Counted from the stretch's first letter, positions 37,748-46,327 are shown. The stretch is 64,000 nucleotides of DNA from Nitrosopumilaceae archaeon (GCA_030041535.1 JASHNR010000012.1:2174-66173); one strand, 5' to 3'. Notes: a model not told the origin generated them from the letters alone. Numbers and translations: made by a program.

Positions 37748-38472
37748 TAGCAAGAGATCTCTCAAATTCGCATCTTATCAAGCAAATAAGAAAGAAGCCT
37801 GTTGCCATAATACCGGTTGGATCTACTGAGCAGCATGGACCACACTTGCCTGTGTCAACTGATTCGGATATTGTATCTTTCATAGCAGAAAAGGTATCAG
37901 AAAAAACAGGCTTTCTTCTTCTGCCTACCATTGAGTATGGGGTATCGTTTGAGCACCATCCTTTCTTCAACTTGAGTGTAACATCAGGCACACTACAAAA
38001 GTATCTCATTGAGATATGTGCATCACTTTGGAAAAACAAGATAAGAACAATCATAATCCTCAATGGTCATCACGGCAACCAGAAAGCGCTAAAGGAGGTA
38101 CCATCCAAAGTTGTCAGAATTCATGGCATCAAGCCAAAAATCTTGGTCTATTCCTATTGGCATTTTATGAAGCAAAGATTTGATCATGCAGGATTTGTCG
38201 AGACTTCAATTATGCGTGCCATATCAAGGCAGGTAGACATGAGCAAGGCAGAAAAGGGACTAGTCGAAGACGGATTGTCAAAAAAGGAGCTATATAGACT
38301 AGGCAAGACAGCAAACAAGTCCTTTATTGCAGTAACAAGAAATGGTGTCTGGGGAGACCCCACCCAAGCCACTGCAAAAGATGGAAGAAAGATTTTAGGC
38401 AAGATCATTGCATCAATCGTAAAAGAGAGTCAAACTTGCCTTACCGGAGAAAGCCGAAAATTACACCAATGA
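37744..38472 (+). CDS. creatininase-family amidohydrolase
   Basis: AIIPVGSTEQHGPHLP and ILNGHHGN. Confidence 0.8.
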   Translation: MIARDLSNSHLIKQIRKKPVAIIPVGSTEQHGPHLPVSTDSDIVSFIAEKVSEKTGFLLLPTIEYGVSFEHHPFFNLSVTSGTLQKYLIEICASLWKNKIRTIIILNGHHGNQKALKEVPSKVVRIHGIKPKILVYSYWHFMKQRFDHAGFVETSIMRAISRQVDMSKAEKGLVEDGLSKKELYRLGKTANKSFIAVTRNGVWGDPTQATAKDGRKILGKIIASIVKESQTCLTGESRKLHQ

Positions 38473-38517
38473 AATTTTAATATATACCCTCGATAGAGTG
38501 GGTAATAAGTGAAATAA

Positions 38518-38748
38518 ATGTCAGTAGACATGGCAGTAAAAGTACTTGATGAAAGCCTCAACAAGGTTGTTCTTATCAAGCTCAAAGGGGGCAAAGTGAT
38601 AAGAGGAAACTTACATGGCTTTGATCAACACATGAATCTGCTACTTGATTCTTCAGAGGAGATCCCTTCTGAAGGAGAGACAAAGAGTCTAGGAACCATA
38701 GTAGTTAGAGGAGATAACGTGGTTATCATATCTCCTCCGCCAAAGTGA
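38518..38748 (+). CDS. Sm-like archaeal protein (LSm/SmAP)
   Basis: Sm1/Sm2 motifs: [26 protein letters not shown] ... [12 protein letters not shown]. Confidence 0.9.
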   Translation: MSVDMAVKVLDESLNKVVLIKLKGGKVIRGNLHGFDQHMNLLLDSSEEIPSEGETKSLGTIVVRGDNVVIISPPPK

Positions 38749-38755
38749 AAGTACA

Positions 38756-38923
38756 ATGACTAAAGGCACAACCTCCATGGGAGGGTATACCAAAAAACAT
38801 GTCCACGTAAGATGTAGAAGATGTGGAAAGAATTCTTTTCATGCAAGACATAACAGATGTGCAAGCTGTGGTTATCCAGAGGCAAAAATAAGAAAGTACA
38901 ACTGGATCAAATGGTATACATAA
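38756..38923 (+). CDS. rpl37e: 50S ribosomal protein L37e (55 aa, absent from the ORF track)
   Basis: Hand translation gives [55 protein letters not shown]. The LSm-L37e pairing is classic. Confidence 0.9.
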   Translation: MTKGTTSMGGYTKKHVHVRCRRCGKNSFHARHNRCASCGYPEAKIRKYNWIKWYT

Positions 38924-38924
38924 A

Positions 38925-39947
38925 TTGGAAGAAATAGCTCTTGTTTTTAGTTCTCTGGCGGGCGCTTGTACTGCAGTTGCTTTAGATAAAATTCCAAAAC
39001 GAAAATACAAACAAACCATTACAGTAAGTTCTGTAGTAGAGGATCAATTACATTCCTTGAAAATTGAAAAGGACATACTAACAAAAACAATTACAAGGCT
39101 CCACCACGAAGAATCAAATGTTTCAAGTGTTCAGCGAGACAAACTGCTCATTATATATCAGCATCAACTTGGAACTACAATTGCCAAGATAGAAAAACTA
39201 GAGACTGCAAGCAAATATCAGGATCTTGGACCCATAGGCGACAGCTTGGTAACCTTGATGGACAACAAATTATCAAAAATGGACCAGAGATTGCATGAGA
39301 TCTCCTCCAAGATATCAGTAAATACGGTCCAGCCTCCGGTGCAGACAATCGTACAACCTGCTCAAGTCAAGCAACAAGAGCAACCAAAGCAGATAGTGCA
39401 GGAAAGGCCACGAGTTGAAAAGATTGAGCCAAAAATAGAGTATCAGCAAGAAAGAATCGAGGTTCAAAAGGAAGTGATCGAGATTCCAAAAGTAATCGAA
39501 GTTCCAAAAGAAAACATTCTTCCACCAATTGATATTCCTGTACAGGCAAGGCGCAGATCAATTGAGCTTAGCACATTGACAGAGATCCCAAATAGGATGC
39601 CAGACTTTCCATCAGAGATAACAATGCCTCAGAAAACCACAGAGCCTGAAAAAATTATCGAGCCAGTCAAGGAAATACTAGAGATTCCACAATCAATCAT
39701 TCCAGTAGAGCCTACTTCTCTTGTACCAAAAGAGGAGATTGTAACAATAGACGTACCAAAGCCTCAAGTTGTAACGGAGATATCAAAGCCTGATGCAGTA
39801 GTACAGGTTGAAAAGAAGATACAGCTTCCAACTCCGATAAAAATACCAGAGGAAGAAAAAATTGAAGACGATGACAAGGATTTAGATAAAATAAAAAGCG
39901 AGATAATGAAAGCTCTATCCAAACTAGAACAAGTAGAGGTAGAATAA
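38925..39947 (+). CDS. membrane-anchored coiled-coil protein with a long P/E/V/I/K-rich low-complexity tail
   Basis: TTG start, N-terminal hydrophobic segment, then coiled coil, then about 200 aa of xPxxIxEVPK-like degenerate repeats. Confidence 0.55.
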   Translation: MEEIALVFSSLAGACTAVALDKIPKRKYKQTITVSSVVEDQLHSLKIEKDILTKTITRLHHEESNVSSVQRDKLLIIYQHQLGTTIAKIEKLETASKYQDLGPIGDSLVTLMDNKLSKMDQRLHEISSKISVNTVQPPVQTIVQPAQVKQQEQPKQIVQERPRVEKIEPKIEYQQERIEVQKEVIEIPKVIEVPKENILPPIDIPVQARRRSIELSTLTEIPNRMPDFPSEITMPQKTTEPEKIIEPVKEILEIPQSIIPVEPTSLVPKEEIVTIDVPKPQVVTEISKPDAVVQVEKKIQLPTPIKIPEEEKIEDDDKDLDKIKSEIMKALSKLEQVEVE

Positions 39948-40622
39948 TTGACAGTGGATGATGCCATAAAGGCATTATCGCCCCAAGCGCTAAAAATGGT
40001 AAAGAACAACTATATCATAGGTCTTGGCAGCGGCAGGGCTGCAACTGCAATTGTTAGGTTATTATCATCACATCTGAAGAAAAACTATCTTTCTGTCAGA
40101 GCTATTCCAACATCGCTGCAAATCAAGATGGAGGCAGAAAGGGGAGGCATATCAATAATCGAGCCTGATCAGATTGATCATGTAGATCTAGTTTTTGACG
40201 GAGCTGATCAAATAGACACAAAAGGCAACATGATAAAGGGTGGAGGAGGTGCACTCCTTCGGGAAAAAATACTAATTAGTATGGCAAAAAAAGTTGTAAT
40301 CATAGCTGATGAATCTAAATTTGTAAAACAACTAGACCGTAGTGTACCAGTAGAGGTACACCAGTTTGCAAGAAACATGGCTACAATTCAAATTAAAAAA
40401 CATGGAGGCAGGCCACACATACGATTGTTAGAGCGTGGATATCCATATGTAACCGAAAATGGAAACATCATACTTGATTGTGAGTTTGGCACAATTTCTA
40501 ATCCCAAAGGATTGGCAGCAAAAATAATAGCAATCCCTGGTGTCATAGAGGTTGGAATATTTTCAAAACCAGACATTATTTACAAAGCAAAAGAAAACGG
40601 CAAGTTTGAGATATTACGCTGA
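39948..40622 (+). CDS. rpiA: ribose-5-phosphate isomerase A
   Basis: IGLGSGRAAT, FDGADQID, KGGGGALLREK. Confidence 0.9.
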   Translation: MTVDDAIKALSPQALKMVKNNYIIGLGSGRAATAIVRLLSSHLKKNYLSVRAIPTSLQIKMEAERGGISIIEPDQIDHVDLVFDGADQIDTKGNMIKGGGGALLREKILISMAKKVVIIADESKFVKQLDRSVPVEVHQFARNMATIQIKKHGGRPHIRLLERGYPYVTENGNIILDCEFGTISNPKGLAAKIIAIPGVIEVGIFSKPDIIYKAKENGKFEILR

Positions 40623-42008
40623 CACAGGCCTTTGGATGAATTTTCCATATCCCGGTTTTTCTATTACTTTGAAATCTTCAGCAACAACTGTTCCTCTGAC
40701 AAGAGTTTTCACGGGCCATCCCTTGAGATTCCATCCATCATATACAGTATAGTCAGAGTAGCCACTCAAGAGTTCAGGACTAACCTTCTTTTCTGCTTTC
40801 ATATCAACTAGTACAATATCAGCGTCAGAGCCCTTTTGGATTATTCCTTTCTTTGGGTACATTCCAAATATTTTTGCAGTGTTCAGGCTGGTAAGATTTG
40901 ATAACTGTTGCAGAGTTATTCTGCCTTTATTGACACCTTCACTTAGCAATATGGGCATCATTGTTCCTATCCCTGGAAATCCTGCCAAGGCATCCCAGAC
41001 GGTATCTCCTCCAAGCTTCAAGCCTAGTCGGTTTGCCACATGATCGGTGCCAATCGTGTCAACATTGTTGCTCTGCACCTCCTGCCATATTCTTGCTGTA
41101 TCGTTTACTGATCTAATTGGAGGCATTACTTTTGCAAGATATCCTTTCTGTGATTCGTATGACAAGGTCAGATAATGTGGACATGTTTCCACAAAAATTG
41201 TAGTACCATTTTTCTTTTCTCTTGAGATTGCATCCATTGCTGCCTGTGAACCAATGTGCACAAAATAGAGCCTGCATCCTGCCTTTCTTGCCATGTCAGA
41301 TGCAGTAGTTATCGATTTGACTTCAGACTCTGCCGGCCTACTTTCCGACCAAGCTCCAAGTCCATTTTTGTTGTTGTGCTTTGCCTCCCGTATACCACAG
41401 GAACACATCTGGTAATCTTCTGCATGGACAAGTACTGTGCATCCAAGCCGTGATGCGTTATAGATAACCCGTTCGACAATTTTTTCATTAACCTCTACTT
41501 TTTGCTCTACAAGCAGATTCTTGCCAGGCTTCATGTCCATGTATACATGGCCAACCTCATCTCCCAGATTCATGTACAACTTGAATGATGTGATTCCTTT
41601 TTTTGTACAAAATTCCATCTCGTCAACCTGGCTTTCCTCAAGGATTGATGCATGAATTGAATAATCTACATAGTGAGACCGCGCACTCTCGATAAGATGG
41701 GAGTCAAGATTTCTTTTGTATGACCCGCCAAGACGCAACATTCGCATCATGGTAGTGATCCCCCCAACTGCTGCGACTCGAGATTCTGTTACTGCAGCTT
41801 GCTCTATTGGTGAATAGACGCCATAATGTACGTGTGGATCAATTACACCAGGTAACGCAACTAGACCCCTACCATCAATCTTTGTATCGCATTGAGGGGT
41901 GTCATTTGTTAGACTGACAATTTTTCCCTCATCCATTACAATATTTTTATCGACTGTACCACTTGGCAGAACAACATGTGAATTCAGTATTACAGCATCA
42001 AAAGTCAT
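40614..42008 (-). CDS. cyclic amidohydrolase (dihydroorotase / hydantoinase-dihydropyrimidinase family)
   Basis: GVIDPHVHY metal-binding HxH and 464 aa. The start is set at ATG 42008 because the longer ORF runs into tRNA-Ala. Confidence 0.8.
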   Translation of the reverse strand: MTFDAVILNSHVVLPSGTVDKNIVMDEGKIVSLTNDTPQCDTKIDGRGLVALPGVIDPHVHYGVYSPIEQAAVTESRVAAVGGITTMMRMLRLGGSYKRNLDSHLIESARSHYVDYSIHASILEESQVDEMEFCTKKGITSFKLYMNLGDEVGHVYMDMKPGKNLLVEQKVEVNEKIVERVIYNASRLGCTVLVHAEDYQMCSCGIREAKHNNKNGLGAWSESRPAESEVKSITTASDMARKAGCRLYFVHIGSQAAMDAISREKKNGTTIFVETCPHYLTLSYESQKGYLAKVMPPIRSVNDTARIWQEVQSNNVDTIGTDHVANRLGLKLGGDTVWDALAGFPGIGTMMPILLSEGVNKGRITLQQLSNLTSLNTAKIFGMYPKKGIIQKGSDADIVLVDMKAEKKVSPELLSGYSDYTVYDGWNLKGWPVKTLVRGTVVAEDFKVIEKPGYGKFIQRPVSA

Positions 42009-42085
42009 CGAGAACTTTGCCAAAATCCTAGTATTATTCTTTGAGTAAAAATGAATAAAAGCAGATGCCATTCTTGATAACAAAA

Positions 42086-42158
42086 GGGCCGGTAGTCTAG
42101 TGGTAGTGATGCCTCGTTCGCAACGAGGATGTCGGGGGTTCAAATCCCCCTCGGTCCA
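42086..42158 (+). tRNA. tRNA-Ala (anticodon CGC)
   Basis: Acceptor GGGCCGG/TCGGTCC with G3:U70, anticodon stem CCTCG/CGAGG with loop TTCGCAA, T-arm GGGGG-TTCAAAT-CCCCC. Confidence 0.88.
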
Positions 42159-42307
42159 CCTCTATAGCGGTTTGGAACCCGTGGTCAAGTCTTAACATTT
42201 TTCACTTTTAATTTCATTCAAACGGCAAACAAAATTTGATGTATTTTACCAATCATTACAAGATCGTAGATCTTATTTTTATACAACTTTCTAATAGTTT
42301 TTCCAAG

Positions 42308-43675
42308 TTATTTTTTTAACTTTAAAGGGAATATCTTACCAATCGTCTTGTCGTATTTTCTTAGTGTGCGGAATACAAAACTCTGCTGAATTTCTGCTAT
42401 AAATTTTTTATAATTTTTTATTTCTGCGTCTTGCTCAGCAATAGTATTTTTATAATTTTTTATTTCTGCGTCTTGCTCAGCAATAGTATTTTTATAATTT
42501 TTTATTTCTGCGTCTTGCTCAGCAATAGTATTTTTATAATTTTTTATTTCTGCGTCTTGCTCAGCAATAGTATTTTTATAATTTTTTATTTCTGCGTCTT
42601 GCTCAGCAATAGTATTTTGGCAATCTGATAGCTTAAGAAACCTATCATGGAAAAGCGTTTTTTCTAGTGATAAATCTCCGTTCAATTCATATGGATTAAT
42701 TACATCATGGCTTTGCTCTTGTTCATTCAAACGTGAAGATATTTCTGAAATTAATGGTTGAAATCCTGCTTTTATATAATTATGAAATATATGAGAATGA
42801 ATAGAATGCAACATAACAAACTCTTTAATTTCTATCATGAACCTACAGGCAATAACTATTTTATCTTTTGAGTAGAAATTCGAAAATTCTCTCAACGCTA
42901 ATAAACAATATTTATCTTCTATATCTGCATGTAAGATTTCATAAAGATATTTGTTAGGAAGTGCATATTGAATTCTAAAAAATTTAAACCAATCTAGAAA
43001 ATACAGATGCGTTTCTTCTGCAAATTCGAAATCAATTATTTTAATCATAGAATTATTTACAATTAAATTTCTAGGTGTAAAATCGTCATTAGAAAGTCTC
43101 TTGTAAATTTTCTCATTTTTAAAATGTTTCAGCAATATTAAAATACACTCATTAATAGCTGAAAGTTCTTTGTCATTTGGACAGTATGATTTAATGAATT
43201 TATCAACTATAATCTTTATTTCTTTTTCAAATTCATCGTGAGTTGATAGTTGCTGTATCTTTTCCATTGAAGCATAAACCTTAAACAGGTTTTTCATAAC
43301 AGATTGAATTTCATTTTTAAATGGGTTATCATAAAAATATCTCTCTAGACTTTTTCCCACATATGCTTTTTCTATCATTATTTCAAAATTATTCACATGT
43401 AGAATCTCGATTGGCTCTGAAATGATATCAGCACATTTCTCATACATAGTTTTCTGGATATTGAATTCTCTTCGTATCATGTTATTGCCTAACTTGTAAA
43501 ATTTTAATAATAACTTAGGTTCATTTCCAAGTAATATCAAAAACATAATTTTTCCCTTCTCGTAAGCTCTATAGTACCCAGTACTTAGCATAACAACCGA
43601 CATCTTTTCCTTTGAGTTAAAGATGTGATTATATTTTGAATCATTTTTTAATTTATTCAGGATAGATTGAAGCAT
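42308..43675 (-). CDS. kinase-like (APH/choline-kinase/protein-kinase fold) protein with a C-terminal tandem-repeat coiled coil
   Basis: Catalytic-loop-like LSNDDFTPRNLIV and IIDFEFA (metal-binding Asp). The C-terminus is (NTIAEQDAEIKNYK)x5 followed by a basic amphipathic tail, FRTLRKYDKTIGKIFPLKLKK. Confidence 0.6.
   Translation of the reverse strand: MLQSILNKLKNDSKYNHIFNSKEKMSVVMLSTGYYRAYEKGKIMFLILLGNEPKLLLKFYKLGNNMIRREFNIQKTMYEKCADIISEPIEILHVNNFEIMIEKAYVGKSLERYFYDNPFKNEIQSVMKNLFKVYASMEKIQQLSTHDEFEKEIKIIVDKFIKSYCPNDKELSAINECILILLKHFKNEKIYKRLSNDDFTPRNLIVNNSMIKIIDFEFAEETHLYFLDWFKFFRIQYALPNKYLYEILHADIEDKYCLLALREFSNFYSKDKIVIACRFMIEIKEFVMLHSIHSHIFHNYIKAGFQPLISEISSRLNEQEQSHDVINPYELNGDLSLEKTLFHDRFLKLSDCQNTIAEQDAEIKNYKNTIAEQDAEIKNYKNTIAEQDAEIKNYKNTIAEQDAEIKNYKNTIAEQDAEIKNYKKFIAEIQQSFVFRTLRKYDKTIGKIFPLKLKK
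42410..42619. repeat. five identical tandem 42-bp units (in-frame, coding)
   Basis: The unit ataattttttatttctgcgtcttgctcagcaatagtattttt repeats at exact 42-nt spacing: 42410, 42452, 42494, 42536, 42578. Confidence 0.95.
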
Positions 43676-43680
43676 AAAAA

Positions 43681-44703
43681 TTATTTTTTAGACAGTATTG
43701 AATATGCCGGATAGAGATTTATTAATTCTTCACCGGAAAAAATTTCGTATAGATTCTTCAATTTTTCATTATATTTGCTGACATTTCCGTGTACCCAATC
43801 GTATTCATCAACAAAATCAAGATTTTTAACCACAAATGAAGGTGCATGACCACTCGACAAATCCACAATGGTGTGTAAAAATTTGTAATCTGGTAGGTCG
43901 CCAAAAAATTTTATGTCTTTAAAACCCGCTTGCATGAGCATCTCTTCATATTCCTGTTTGCTATAAGTTAAAACCTTTAATTTTTTGCCAGTTTCAGCCT
44001 CAAAAATTGATTTTGCAATTTCCTTTTTCAGATAAACATGATCTGACAGACCAGTATGATCATTCTTTTCGCCCAGCAAATACTTTAGGCCGTATTTGTT
44101 TTCTATTCCAATATAAAGAACTCCTTCTGGTTTTAATAGATTATGAGCCTCACATAATGCATCATTTAGTAGTGTTGTTGGGTCAGTATTTCTAAAAAGC
44201 TCTAACCATTCAGGTATGCTGTTAAAAATAATTAAATCAAATTGATTGTGCTCGAAAATTTTATCAGAAATATCGGCTACTACAAATTGCATATTATTTT
44301 TGTTTTCTTGTTTAGCAATTTTCTTCATGATTTGAATTTTTTCTAGATTGGCGTCAATTGTAACTACATTACAGAATCGTGACAATTGTATTGCCACTTG
44401 ACCCCATCCAGCTCCAACCTCTAAAGCCAGCATCTCTTTTTTTATATCTAATAAGAAAATAAAATCGGATCTATTTTGATTAGTTATATTCTTAAAAAGC
44501 CAAGGATTGTCCTTGGCATAGAGTTCTGCAGTAACTTCTTGCCAATTTTTTTTATCCAGTTCTTCATTGAATGACCTAAGTTGTTCTATGTCCGTGCCAG
44601 ATAATTTGCTTCCTTGTAGTTCATTAAAGTATACGTATGTAATATCGTCTATTTTTTGTAGGTTTTTTTGATTTTTAAATTTTAGGATTGAATAATTTTT
44701 CAA
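43681..44703 (-). CDS. class I SAM-dependent methyltransferase
   Basis: Motif I LEVGAGWGQVAIQL, acidic post-I residue (VVTIDAN) and ADISD. It ends 5 nt before the kinase-like gene. TTG start. Confidence 0.75.
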   Translation of the reverse strand: MKNYSILKFKNQKNLQKIDDITYVYFNELQGSKLSGTDIEQLRSFNEELDKKNWQEVTAELYAKDNPWLFKNITNQNRSDFIFLLDIKKEMLALEVGAGWGQVAIQLSRFCNVVTIDANLEKIQIMKKIAKQENKNNMQFVVADISDKIFEHNQFDLIIFNSIPEWLELFRNTDPTTLLNDALCEAHNLLKPEGVLYIGIENKYGLKYLLGEKNDHTGLSDHVYLKKEIAKSIFEAETGKKLKVLTYSKQEYEEMLMQAGFKDIKFFGDLPDYKFLHTIVDLSSGHAPSFVVKNLDFVDEYDWVHGNVSKYNEKLKNLYEIFSGEELINLYPAYSILSKK

Positions 44704-44937
44704 AATTTTACCACCAATTTTTCATATTAATATCCAATTGATTTGCAACAAAGTATTAATTGTTAACAATTTAAATCTTAAGACACGCTCTTTCAAATAA
44801 AATATCAGAATATTATTGCATGAATCATTAGACGAAAGTTGCTGTCGGATTATATACCGCCTTAATTAACAATTATTGGCAGACTGTAAGGATTTAGAAA
44901 TTTTCTGGCCGTATTTTGACGAAATCAAAAATATTCA

Positions 44938-45050
44938 ATAATAAAAAATGGAGAAGGGAATTTTGTAGCTACTTCGATAAGCTTACCGCCTATTTGTACG
45001 AAATTTCTCTAACAAAACCGCAAATCCAAATCCTCTGGGCGCAAGAAACC
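44938..45050. repeat. R-module copy R2
   Basis: aataaaaaatggagaagggaattttgtagctacttcg...aaatttctctaacaaaaccgcaaatccaaatcctctgggcgcaagaaacc. About 75-80 percent identical to R3 by eye. Confidence 0.6.
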
Positions 45051-45069
45051 CAACAAACAACATGATCAG

Positions 45070-45093
45070 CGAATGTTAATCTTACAGGATTTG
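45070..45093. repeat. half copy (D) of the T-loop-like motif (3' half only)
   Basis: cgaatgttaatcttacaggatttg compared with copy B gagaatctgaatcttacaggattt. Confidence 0.4.
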
Positions 45094-45179
45094 ATAGTTC
45101 TAATTATTTTGTAATTTTTTATAAAAATTTTTTAAATATTTTCAATTGTCCGGGATCAACGATAAATAGATCTAGAACA

Positions 45180-45413
45180 ATGTTGTGTTCATACATGGAA
45201 TTTCTAGAAGGCAATAAGCACTGGGATGTAGATGAAGTAAAAAACGACATAACCAAAAGACTAGGACCTCTACTAGATCATATCGGCAAGTTACAGCCGC
45301 CTAATCTTGAGCTCAGCGAGGTTGATGTTACCTTTGACATAGAAGGAAACATACTAGTAGTAAAGGCTGATGGCAGTGTTACCCTAAAATTCTCCAAGCC
45401 AGCAAAGAATTAA
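45180..45413 (+). CDS. hypothetical small protein
   Basis: 77-aa ORF between R2 and R3 with balanced composition. Confidence 0.4.
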   Translation: MLCSYMEFLEGNKHWDVDEVKNDITKRLGPLLDHIGKLQPPNLELSEVDVTFDIEGNILVVKADGSVTLKFSKPAKN

Positions 45414-45502
45414 CATTAAATAAAAACCCTGTCTTATTTTTTTAAATCAAGCGATATCACTAATAACACAAAATTTGACATCGACTAAATTCTTAATACT
45501 TC

Positions 45503-45614
45503 AAATAAAAAATTTGGAAAGGAGTTTGCAGCTACTCTGGTTAGTTTACTGCCCATTTTGTATGAAATTTCTCTGACAAAACGTCGAATCCAAATCCTCT
45601 AGGCTGAAGAAACC
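45503..45614. repeat. R-module copy R3
   Basis: aaataaaaaatttggaaaggagtttgcagctactctggttagtttactgcccattttgtatgaaatttctctgacaaaacgtcgaatccaaatcctctaggctgaagaaacc. It is followed directly by the 17-nt tRNA-Ala repeat. Confidence 0.6.
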
Positions 45615-45615
45615 T

Positions 45616-45632
45616 CTCGGTCCACCTCTATA
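45616..45632 (+). repeat. attR-like 17-nt duplicate of the tRNA-Ala(CGC) 3' end
   Basis: Exact match to 42150-42166. Confidence 0.65.
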
Positions 45633-45739
45633 TACATCAAAATGATTTTACTGACCAGCAAGTGAAAAACAAAAACAAGTAAAAGGCTAGAAAATCAAAT
45701 ATATTCTACTTTCAAGTACTTCAACCATTAACATTTGTT

Positions 45740-46150
45740 CTAATGTGTACAAAATCTGTTTACTGTGTTCATGATTTTGTTCATATTGATTGGTTTTTCA
45801 AGAATTGCTGTTGCGTGACATTTGTCTAGTTTTTTCTCAATATGAGCAGAACCAGTTACCAAAAATACTATTGCATTAGGATCACATTCCCTGATCTTTT
45901 CAAGTCCATAAAATCCGTCATATTTGGGCATTAGCGCATCCATGAAAACAACATCTGGATGAAATTTCAGATATAATTCAACTGCATCTTTTCCATTAAT
46001 ACCACTGCCTATCACATTAATTCCATGGACTTGGAGTAATTCCACAAAAACGTCCAGGAGGTCTTTATTGTCATCTATAACTATGGCATTAGTGCCATTA
46101 TGGATATTGTGGGCTTGGGTTACCATAGTTTTGTTCCCGGACAATTTCAT
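45740..46150 (-). CDS. stand-alone response-regulator receiver domain protein
   Basis: CheY-like: VIDDNKDLL, DVVFMDALMPKYDG (phospho-acceptor Asp), VFLVTGS. No output domain and no kinase nearby. Confidence 0.8.
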   Translation of the reverse strand: MKLSGNKTMVTQAHNIHNGTNAIVIDDNKDLLDVFVELLQVHGINVIGSGINGKDAVELYLKFHPDVVFMDALMPKYDGFYGLEKIRECDPNAIVFLVTGSAHIEKKLDKCHATAILEKPINMNKIMNTVNRFCTH

Positions 46151-46327
46151 ATTAGATCGGCTGTGTTTTTTTCAAACAAGCTAGAAGTAGCATGCTATTG
46201 CAATATGTAAATGCAATACTTTGCAATCATTAGTGTTGATTAATTTTACTATCACTATTTTGGTTTATTATCTGTCTACTAAAATGGTTAAACGTAAATA
46301 TTCGTTTTTAGAAATAGAGTTTAACAA

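Larger units (their letters stand above)
42159..45632. mobile_element. AT-rich islet integrated next to tRNA-Ala(CGC), bounded by a 17-nt direct repeat of the tRNA 3' end; no integrase retained
   Basis: ctcggtccacctctata occurs at 42150-42166 (tRNA 3' end plus flank) and again at 45616-45632 in the same orientation. The interior is visibly more AT-rich and carries non-core genes and two R-modules. Confidence 0.6.

Noticed and set aside
42009-42143. N-terminal extension of the amidohydrolase ORF (start at 42143).
   Set aside because: It overlaps tRNA-Ala(CGC) on the opposite strand. The conserved protein begins at MTFDAVILN (ATG 42008).
42410-42619. The regular 42-bp repeat array could be mistaken for a CRISPR array.
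   Set aside because: The units are contiguous with no spacers, are in-frame inside a 455-aa ORF, and encode a heptad-patterned peptide. No cas genes are present.
45450-45462. 13-mer agcgatatcacta shared with the PadR operator region (13886-13898).
   Set aside because: Exact 13-mers are expected many times by chance in a 64-kb AT-rich window. There is no supporting context.
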